A DNA stretch of 24,000 bases from Williamsia sp. 1138. Its GTDB lineage: Bacteria > Actinomycetota > Actinomycetes > Mycobacteriales > Mycobacteriaceae. Below, piece by piece: positions 17,632-24,000 of this stretch. Position 1 is the stretch's first letter. Every line of letters starts with the position of its first letter. The DNA lies in NCBI RefSeq assembly GCF_002095435.2, contig NZ_MJEJ02000031.1, forward strand, positions 14,260-38,259, read 5' to 3'. The notes beneath the pieces were generated by a model. The model had not been told where the DNA came from and ran no database searches. It saw nothing but the letters and a program-made list of their open reading frames with translations. A program made the translations under genes and the position numbers.

Positions 17632-17716
17632 TCCTCGCCAGGTGCCGCTTCAACGTCGCAGCGGTGCCCGGCCCACTGCAGATGCGGGCGAGCACATCGA
17701 GAACAATGGCAGGCAT

Positions 17717-19060
17717 ATGAAAACTTCCAATCTGCCCGGCGATGCCCAGTACACCGGGGACCAGCGGTTGTGGCTGTCGGGATTCCTGGCAGGTTTCGAT
17801 TCCGCAGTCGCCGGGACCACGCGTGACGACGTGCTCGCCACCGCGCTGGAGGCACTCCGCGAACTCGACACCGTCACCGCTCCCGAGGTACCTCCTGCCC
17901 AGGAGGCTCCGGGCACGTCGGACAAACCGAAACGATCACCCTGGACCCGGAAGAATCCATATGGTGCCAAGCTCGTGGCCAACCGGCCATTGCGTGGCTC
18001 CGGATCAGGCAAAGACGTGCGTCACGTGGTGTTCGACCTCGGCGACAGTGACATCGACTACGAGGCCGGCGATGGACTCGGTGTCCGGCCGGTCAACGAT
18101 CCGGAACTCGTCGCCGCGCTGATCGAGCGCATCGGCGCCGATCCCGGTGAGTCGATCACGACACGGACGGGCGAGTCGACACTGCTCGATCTGCTGACCT
18201 ACGAGTACGAGATCTCGCTACCGACCCGTGAGCTCCTCGACCACGTGGCCGACCGGACCGGCGACGCCGAGTTGGTGCACGTGCTCTCCACCGAAGAACG
18301 CGAAGCCCTCGAAGGCTGGCTGTGGGGCAAGGATGTCCTCGACCTGCTGGACCTGGATCCGAACCTGGAGATCACCGCAGCCCAACTCCTCGAGTTGCTG
18401 CGTCCGCTGGCCCATCGCGTGTACTCGATCTCGTCGTCTCCGCTCACCCACAAAGGCATGGTGCATCTGACAGTGGCCGCGGTGCGGCATCGTTCCGCGC
18501 AGCGCGACAGACGCGGACAGTGCTCGACGTATCTCGCTGATCGGGTCGGCGCAGGCAACACCGCCGGTGTGTTCTTGTCCAAGAACCGTTCGTTCCGCCT
18601 GCCTGCCGACGATGCGGCGCCGGTGATCATGGTCGGGCCCGGGACCGGTGTCGCGCCCTTCCGCTCGTTCCTCTACGAACGGAAGGCCCGAGGGGCCACC
18701 GGAACCAACTGGCTGTTCTTCGGGGACCAGTACCGCGCAACAGATTTCATGTACGAAGACGAGCTCGTGCAGTTTCAGCGCGACGGTGTCCTGCACCGCC
18801 TGGATCTCGCGTTCTCGCGCGATCAGGAGCAGAAGATCTACGTGCAGGACAGAATGCGGGAGCACGGGCAGGAGCTGTTCCGCTGGCTGGACGTCGGCGC
18901 CTACTTCTACGTGTGCGGTGACGCCGCACAGATGGCGCGAGACGTGGACACCGCGCTTCATGACGTGATCGCCGAGCACGGTGGCCTCGACGAGGAAGCC
19001 GCAGAAGACTACGTGAACACCCTCAAACGCGAAAAGCGTTACCTGCGCGACGTGTACTGA
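17717..19060 (+). CDS. CysJ-like FAD/NADPH reductase (sulfite reductase flavoprotein alpha-type) lacking the FMN/flavodoxin domain
   Basis: ATG at 17717. The FAD-binding motif is RVYSISSSP, and the NADPH-binding motifs are GPGTGVAPFRSF and YVCGDAAQMARDV. The C-terminal YLRDVY is as in CysJ/CPR. The N-terminal stretch of about 100 aa (QRLWLSGFLAGF) is too short for a flavodoxin domain. Confidence 0.85.
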   Translation: MKTSNLPGDAQYTGDQRLWLSGFLAGFDSAVAGTTRDDVLATALEALRELDTVTAPEVPPAQEAPGTSDKPKRSPWTRKNPYGAKLVANRPLRGSGSGKDVRHVVFDLGDSDIDYEAGDGLGVRPVNDPELVAALIERIGADPGESITTRTGESTLLDLLTYEYEISLPTRELLDHVADRTGDAELVHVLSTEEREALEGWLWGKDVLDLLDLDPNLEITAAQLLELLRPLAHRVYSISSSPLTHKGMVHLTVAAVRHRSAQRDRRGQCSTYLADRVGAGNTAGVFLSKNRSFRLPADDAAPVIMVGPGTGVAPFRSFLYERKARGATGTNWLFFGDQYRATDFMYEDELVQFQRDGVLHRLDLAFSRDQEQKIYVQDRMREHGQELFRWLDVGAYFYVCGDAAQMARDVDTALHDVIAEHGGLDEEAAEDYVNTLKREKRYLRDVY

Positions 19061-19066
19061 TTCCCG

Positions 19067-19915
19067 GTGGCAAAAGGACGCAGGCAGACACGATCGCGAA
19101 ACGCCGGTGCCGGCAGCGAGGCCGCTGCCGGACCCGAGGCCGGCACGTACGCGATCGACACCGGTACCTGTGAGCTGATACGCGACCACCTCACCGACGG
19201 CTGGATCATCACCGTCAACGGGGCGCAGAGTTCACACATCAACCTCACCGACCCGGCCCAGCTCGATTTCGAGTACATGCAGTGGATCGCCGAGATCGCG
19301 AAGGAACACTGGGACCCCGACGCCCGGTTGCGGGTCCTGCATCTCGGCGCCGGGGCGTGCACCCTGGCCCGGTACTTCGCTGCGACGTACCCCGCAGCGC
19401 GGCAGGTGGCAGTCGACATCGATCAGCGGCTGACCGAACTCGTCCGTGAGTGGTTCGACCTGCCGCGTGCCCCACTGCTGCGGCTCCGGGTCGGCGACGC
19501 CCGCGCCGTCACAGAATCGCTGACCGAGTCCACCCGCGATCTGATCATCCGCGACGTCTTCGCCGGCACACAAACCCCACCAGCCCTGACCACTCTCGAG
19601 TTCACCCAGCAGGTGCGCAGGGTCCTCGCACCCGGCGGCATCTACGTGGTCAATTGCGGTGACACACGAGATCTCTCGCTTGCCCGCTCCGAGGCCGCGA
19701 CCCTCGGCACCGTCTTCGAGCAGCTGACCGTCATAGCCGATCCCGCCATGCTCAAAGGCCGCCGGTACGGCAACATCGTCATCGCGGGCAGCGACGTGCC
19801 GTTCGGCGACTCCCCCGCGCTGACACGCAATCTCCTCGGCGGTGTCCCCGCCCAGGTCTGGCTCGATCCCAAGGTGCGCAGCTTCGCCGCGGCAGGCAAG
19901 GTCCTGCGGGACTGA
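19067..19915 (+). CDS. spermidine-synthase-fold SAM-dependent transferase family protein
   Basis: GTG at 19067 lies 6 nt after the preceding stop. The class I SAM-binding motif is VLHLGAGACTLARYF, followed by VDID, DLIIRDVF and LAPGGIYVVN. Confidence 0.75.
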   Translation: MAKGRRQTRSRNAGAGSEAAAGPEAGTYAIDTGTCELIRDHLTDGWIITVNGAQSSHINLTDPAQLDFEYMQWIAEIAKEHWDPDARLRVLHLGAGACTLARYFAATYPAARQVAVDIDQRLTELVREWFDLPRAPLLRLRVGDARAVTESLTESTRDLIIRDVFAGTQTPPALTTLEFTQQVRRVLAPGGIYVVNCGDTRDLSLARSEAATLGTVFEQLTVIADPAMLKGRRYGNIVIAGSDVPFGDSPALTRNLLGGVPAQVWLDPKVRSFAAAGKVLRD

Positions 19916-19932
19916 CGGGTCATGGGGCTACG

Positions 19933-20946
19933 GTGGAAGCCGTGCTACCAGTGATAGATCTCGATGAGCTGGCCACCGCCGAGGGCCGGGCACTGCTCCG
20001 TGATGTGACGCACGAGGTCGGCTTCTTCTATCTGGTCGGCCATGGCGTCGATGAAGAACTGATCTCGCGGGTGCGCGCTGCCGCCCGGGCATTTTTCGCG
20101 CTGCCCGAGCGCGACAAGCTCTCGATCGCGATGATCAACAGTCCACATTTCCGCGGCTACAACCGACTTGGTGGCGAGTTCACGAATGGCGAGATCGACT
20201 GGCGAGAGCAGATAGACATCGGTCCCGAACGCGAACCCGTCCCCGATGCCGACGGGTACATGCGCCTGCAGGGCCCCAATCAGTGGCCTGCCTCGCTTCC
20301 CGAATTACGCAGTGCGGTGAGCGAATACAACGATGCACTCGCGGGGGTCGCGCTGCGGCTGCTGCAGAACTGGGCGGCGGGCCTCGGCGCTGACCCGCAC
20401 GTCTTCGACAGCGCGTTCGCCGAGTTACCCGCGACCCTGATCAAACTCGTTCGTTATCCCGCGCGGACGGAGGCAACGGTGGCAGGCGATCAGGGGGTTG
20501 GCGCGCACAAGGACTCGGGCGTGCTGACACTCCTGCTCCTCGAACCAGGGTCGGCAGGACTGCAGGTCGAGGCCGGCGACGGCAGCTGGATCGACGCACC
20601 GCCGCGGGAAGGAGCGTTTGTGGTGAACGTCGGCGAGATGCTCGAAGTGGCCACCGGCGGTTACCTCCGGGCGACCAAACACCGGGTACTCACCCCACCG
20701 GGTGCGGCCGAACGTCTGTCGATCCCCTATTTCTACAGCCCCGCCCTCGACGCGGTGATTCCCACCATCCGATTGCCGAAGACGTTGGCGGACAAAGCCC
20801 GTGGCGTCGAACAAGATCCGGCCAATCCCCTGTTCACCACGTACGGCGAGAACACCTGGAAGAGCCGGACCCGCGCTCACCCCGACGTGTTCGAGCGGTG
20901 GTATCCGGTAGAGGCCGCCGCCCGCACGGCGGATGCGCGAACCTGA
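19933..20946 (+). CDS. 2-oxoglutarate/Fe(II)-dependent oxygenase (isopenicillin N synthase-like family)
   Basis: The N-terminus LPVIDL...VGFFYLVGHGV is the DIOX_N region. The facial triad is GAHKDSG (HxD) plus KHRV. The 2OG-binding Arg sits in RLSIPYF. GTG start at 19933 (or 19942). Confidence 0.88.
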   Translation: MEAVLPVIDLDELATAEGRALLRDVTHEVGFFYLVGHGVDEELISRVRAAARAFFALPERDKLSIAMINSPHFRGYNRLGGEFTNGEIDWREQIDIGPEREPVPDADGYMRLQGPNQWPASLPELRSAVSEYNDALAGVALRLLQNWAAGLGADPHVFDSAFAELPATLIKLVRYPARTEATVAGDQGVGAHKDSGVLTLLLLEPGSAGLQVEAGDGSWIDAPPREGAFVVNVGEMLEVATGGYLRATKHRVLTPPGAAERLSIPYFYSPALDAVIPTIRLPKTLADKARGVEQDPANPLFTTYGENTWKSRTRAHPDVFERWYPVEAAARTADART

Positions 20947-21878
20947 TGCGGGTATTCGTCACCGGCGGTACGGGTGCCATCGGGCGATACACCGTCCCGG
21001 CGTTGATCCGTGGCGGTCATGCCGTGACAGCGCTGGCACGGTCAGCTGAGAAAGCCGACTGGCTCACCCGCCAGGGCGCTACACCCGTCGCCGTCTCCCT
21101 CTTCGAACGGGAAGCTCTCGCGCGAGCCTTCGCCGGTCATGACACCGTGGTCAATCTCGCCTCCGCACTACCCAGCACGACGCGCTTCGCGAGTTCGAGG
21201 GCGTGGCGCGACTGCGCACGAGTCCGGGGCGAGGGTTCGGCGACCGTCGCGGCGGCCGCAACCGCGGCCGGGGTCGAGCGGATCATCCAGGAATCGGTCA
21301 CGATGATCTATCGCGACAACGGCGCGAACTGGACCGACGAGGACGCTCCGGTCGAGGCCTATCCGATTGCCCGTACCAATCTCACGGCGGAGGCCAATAT
21401 CCGTGGCTTCGCGCGAACCGGTGGGACGCCGATCATCCTGCGGTTCGGGCTGTTCTACGGTCCGGGCGCAGCACACAGCGAGCAGATCTTCGCCCTCGCC
21501 CGGCGGCACATCGGATTCGTGTCTGGACGCCCGGATTCGTACCTGTCGTGCATCCACGTCGCCGACGGCGCCGATGCGGTCGCCGCGGCGCTCGGCGCAC
21601 ACCCGGGTACCTACAACATCGTCGACGACGAGCCACTGACGAAGCTCGACCACGCTCAAGCCTGCGCTGATGCCGCAGGCGCGGCGATGTGGGTCCGGGG
21701 ACCGGGACGGGCAGGATTGTTGGCCGGCGACCGGCTCACCTCGCTGACCAGGTCGGTGCGGGCCGCGAACACCCGATTCCGCGACGAAACGAGCTGGCGT
21801 CCCACCCACCCGAGTGCTCGCGAGGGCTGGGCTGCCACAGCCCGGGTGCTGACCGGCTCGCGAGCAAGCTCAGCCTGA
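20946..21878 (+). CDS. NAD-dependent epimerase/dehydratase-family (extended SDR) protein
   Basis: ATG at 20946 shares one nt with the preceding TGA. MRVFVTGGTGAIGR is a Rossmann GxxGxxG motif. 310 aa. Confidence 0.85.
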   Translation: MRVFVTGGTGAIGRYTVPALIRGGHAVTALARSAEKADWLTRQGATPVAVSLFEREALARAFAGHDTVVNLASALPSTTRFASSRAWRDCARVRGEGSATVAAAATAAGVERIIQESVTMIYRDNGANWTDEDAPVEAYPIARTNLTAEANIRGFARTGGTPIILRFGLFYGPGAAHSEQIFALARRHIGFVSGRPDSYLSCIHVADGADAVAAALGAHPGTYNIVDDEPLTKLDHAQACADAAGAAMWVRGPGRAGLLAGDRLTSLTRSVRAANTRFRDETSWRPTHPSAREGWAATARVLTGSRASSA

Positions 21879-22556
21879 CAGGTGCCAGGCGAGCGCCGCG
21901 GCCAACGCCCCGCTTGCGTTGACAGCCCAGTGCAGTGCCATCGGGGCGAGCAGGCTGTTGCTGCGCCGCCGAAGCCAGATGAACAGCAGCCCCGACGCTC
22001 CCGTCACCACCACCGCTCCCGCGATCCCCGCAATCTGGGCAGCGATTCCCGAACCCAGCAGATCGGTCAGACCACCGTTCCCCGCGGTGAGCCCGGTGGA
22101 CGACGCGACATGCCACAGCCCGAACAAGCCGGCGCCCGCGAGATAGACCACCCGCACCGACGCCACCCTGACGAGCGTCGCGTTGAGGACTCCGCGGAAC
22201 AGCAGTTCTTCCGGGATCACCGTTTGCAGCGGAATGATGACGAGGGCGCCCCACAGTGCCACGGACACACTGTCGTACCGGTCGGACAGGTACAGCGATC
22301 TGGTCAGCGGCAGCAGCGCACCGCCGATCGCGATGACAACCACCGGGACCAGGATCACTGCCGCGTACCTCAGTCCTCGGCGGTGCTGACTGCGCGCAAG
22401 ACCGAGTTCGGCCCACGAGAACCCCCGCCGGCGCGCATAGAGCAGAGCCACGAGTGCGCCGAGAGGCACCGCGACCGAGATCGCATGCTCGACGGTGAAG
22501 TGCGCCAGCACGTTGATCAGTGTCAGTAGCCCGACCACCACCGCCACATCGCGCAT
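21870..22556 (-). CDS. CPBP-family intramembrane glutamic endopeptidase (CAAX protease / Abi family)
   Basis: All three CPBP motifs are present: PEELLFRG, FGLWH, HWAVNA. The protein is polytopic. ATG at 22556 begins immediately before TM1 (MRDVAVVVGLLTLINVLAHF), though no obvious SD is present. The upstream in-frame 82 codons consist of the tandem repeat and have lower third-position GC. Confidence 0.8.
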   Translation of the reverse strand: MRDVAVVVGLLTLINVLAHFTVEHAISVAVPLGALVALLYARRRGFSWAELGLARSQHRRGLRYAAVILVPVVVIAIGGALLPLTRSLYLSDRYDSVSVALWGALVIIPLQTVIPEELLFRGVLNATLVRVASVRVVYLAGAGLFGLWHVASSTGLTAGNGGLTDLLGSGIAAQIAGIAGAVVVTGASGLLFIWLRRRSNSLLAPMALHWAVNASGALAAALAWHLSG

Positions 22557-22574
22557 CAGAAAACTGTATCGGCA

Positions 22575-22745
22575 CGTGAGCGTATGGGTGGGCCGCGCGT
22601 GATGCAGTGAGGAACGCGAGCGCGCAGCGCCCGTGAGCGCAGGGGTGGGCCGCGCGTGATGCAGTGAGGAACGCGGACGCGGAGCGCCCGTGAGCGCAGG
22701 GGTGGGCCGCGCGTGATGCAGTGAGGAACGCGGACGCGGAGCGGC
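22575..22745. repeat. 57-bp direct tandem repeat, three full units plus a degenerate fourth (minisatellite / MIRU-like)
   Basis: Units start at 22575, 22632 and 22689, each beginning CGTGAGCG. Units 2 and 3 differ at 1 of 57 positions. Unit 1 differs from unit 2 at 5 of 57. A degenerate remnant (CACGTGACGAGCGAAGAACGCGC) follows to about 22768. Confidence 0.92.
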
Positions 22746-22868
22746 CACGTGACGAGCGAAGAACGCGCAATAAGGCCCACGACGGAGCGAACAATCAAAC
22801 ACTGTCGGTGGCTCGGGCTAGCCTCCCGTCACAGTTGATTTCTGCACCACCAGCCACAAGGGGGCATC

Positions 22869-23321
22869 ATGCGCACACAGTCCGATCCCGTCGAGTTCGC
22901 TCATCGGGCGATCGCCAAGCGCTACTGGACCGTCACCGCTGTCCGCGCAGCTCAGCGGGTCGGGTTCCCGTCGTTTGCCTACACCACCGGACTGACCTCG
23001 CTGGGTCATCCCGAGCTGATCATCTATGGTCTCGAGCCCGGTGTCGCCGGGTCGATCCTCAACACGGTGGGTCATCGAATCGCCCGCGCCGGTGGGCGTC
23101 TCGTGGTCGGTGAGCTCCTCGCCGGGTTCATCGACGGTGAGCGGGATCTGATGGTGATCGAAGCACTGACCACCTCCGATCTGCGGGTCGCCCTTTCCGT
23201 GTATGGGTCGGTGTCGGCATTGCAGCTGGTGTGGCCGGATGCTGCGGGCCAGTACCCGTGGAGTGCCGGCTATGGCATCGCGAAGACGGTGCAACCGCTC
23301 GCTGGTCTGCCTGCCGCCTGA
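22869..23321 (+). CDS. DUF4262-like protein (uncharacterised)
   Basis: ATG at 22869 is preceded by AAGGGGG. The 150-aa protein contains FAYTTGLTSLGHPELIIYGL, a core I associate with DUF4262. The family assignment is from memory and is not verified. Confidence 0.65.
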   Translation: MRTQSDPVEFAHRAIAKRYWTVTAVRAAQRVGFPSFAYTTGLTSLGHPELIIYGLEPGVAGSILNTVGHRIARAGGRLVVGELLAGFIDGERDLMVIEALTTSDLRVALSVYGSVSALQLVWPDAAGQYPWSAGYGIAKTVQPLAGLPAA

Positions 23322-23367
23322 ATGACATCGCAGGTGCACCGGTCGATTGCCGATAGATAATGGGGCA

Positions 23368-24000
23368 ATGGTCTCTCTGTCGCGCGGCGCCAACGCCACC
23401 ATTCCCACTGGCCTCCTCGATGTCGCGGTGTCGGGTGCTGCGCCCGGTTCCGTGGATGTGATGGCGTTTCAGTTGGCGGGCAACCGCAAGACTCGTACCG
23501 ACGCCGATTTCATCTTCTTCAATCAGCCGCAGTCGCCGGAGGGTGGTGTGGTGCTGTCTGCGGGGACCACGCTGTCGGTCGATCTCGCGCGAGTACCTGC
23601 GGACGTCGAGACCATCGCGTTCGCGGTCGCCTGCGACGAGGGCTTCGGTTCGACGTTGGCAGCGCTCCCGGGGCTGGGGTCATCGATCACCGGCACCGGC
23701 GTCGTGGTCGAGTTGCCGGTCAGCGGTCTGACCACCGAGCGGGCGGCGGTGCTGGGTGAGATCTACCGGCGGGGCGGCGAGTGGAAGGTCCGCAACGTCA
23801 GCGCCGGTTGGGATCGGGGTTTCGCGGATCTGGTCCGTGAGCACGGTGTCAGCGTCGACGACGATCCCGCGCCGGCCACGGCGGCGTCGCCGTCATCTGA
23901 ACCGGCCGTGAGAACTGTTGCCGGAGAGGAGAAGCTCTCCCTCGAGAAGCGTCAGCGCCTCGACCTGCGCAAGCGCGAGGTCCACAAGGTCCTGCTGAGC
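23368..24000 (+). CDS. TerD-domain protein (tellurium-resistance/stress family), 3' end beyond the window
   Basis: My own translation from ATG 23368 reads MVSLSRGANATIP...VDVMAFQL...TDADFIFFNQPQSPEGGV...ERAAVLGEIYRRGGEWKVRNVSAGW, a TerD fold signature. The frame stays open to 24000. It continues into a Pro/Ala linker and then KLSLEKRQRLDLRKREVHKVLL, the start of a further domain. It is absent from the ORF track because no stop lies within the window. Confidence 0.85.
   Translation, partial: MVSLSRGANATIPTGLLDVAVSGAAPGSVDVMAFQLAGNRKTRTDADFIFFNQPQSPEGGVVLSAGTTLSVDLARVPADVETIAFAVACDEGFGSTLAALPGLGSSITGTGVVVELPVSGLTTERAAVLGEIYRRGGEWKVRNVSAGWDRGFADLVREHGVSVDDDPAPATAASPSSEPAVRTVAGEEKLSLEKRQRLDLRKREVHKVLLS

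Noticed and set aside
17549-17716. Cobalamin riboswitch upstream of cobD, or of the divergent reductase.
   Set aside because: I looked on both strands for the B12 box (AGYCMGGAGACCTGCC-like) and the GCCACTG / GGTGAAANTCC core. I found only loose fragments (ACACCTGC, GCCCACTG), in the wrong order and spacing. A covariance-model scan (Rfam cobalamin family) would settle it.
22575-22745. CRISPR array interpretation of the 57-bp repeats.
   Set aside because: The units are directly abutting with no unique spacers. The unit length is outside the usual CRISPR repeat range. No cas genes are present in the window.
22557-22802. In-frame N-terminal extension of the CPBP protease through the tandem repeat (310-aa ORF with 19-aa peptide repeats).
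   Set aside because: Third-position GC within the repeat is visibly lower than in the flanking genes (about two-thirds by my count of one unit). All three minus frames are open here, so openness is uninformative. The CPBP fold is complete from ATG 22556. Not fully excluded; see the repeat finding.

Overview
High-GC actinobacterial chromosome segment whose gene order resembles Mycobacteriales. It is densely packed: I call 23 protein-coding genes (one truncated by the window end) and one structured RNA.

Left to right:
- panB, then prolyl aminopeptidase (pip), then a CYTH-CHAD protein.
- Convergent with these, an RNB-family ribonuclease that sits about 31 nt downstream of a minus-strand RNase P RNA (rnpB). 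The rnpB gene is hidden under two spurious long ORFs in the track.
- An ArsB/NhaD-type permease, then a LysR regulator divergent from an NDH-2-like flavoprotein across a locally AT-rich region carrying two dyads.
- A block that, as far as I recall, is syntenic with M. tuberculosis Rv2228c-Rv2236c: RNase HI/histidine-phosphatase fusion, zinc-ribbon protein, Nif3, cobC, PtkA-like HAD, ptpA, SURF1, cobD. An extra zinc-ribbon metallopeptidase is inserted in it.
- A tightly packed four-gene plus-strand cluster: FMN-less CysJ-like reductase, spermidine-synthase-fold transferase, 2OG-Fe(II) oxygenase, NAD-dependent epimerase.
- An accessory-looking right end: CPBP/Abi intramembrane protease, a near-perfect 57-bp x3 tandem repeat, a DUF4262-like protein, and a TerD-domain protein that runs off the window.

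I found no transposase, integrase, CRISPR array, tRNA or rRNA. I see no compelling proof of a new system. The best leads are the 57-bp minisatellite with its strand-asymmetric stop-codon pattern, the uncharacterised four-gene redox/transferase operon, and the rnpB-RNB ribonuclease juxtaposition.

Many long ORFs in the track are antisense or out-of-frame artefacts of high GC content. Many ORF-track starts are GTG or TTG and lie upstream of the likely true starts.
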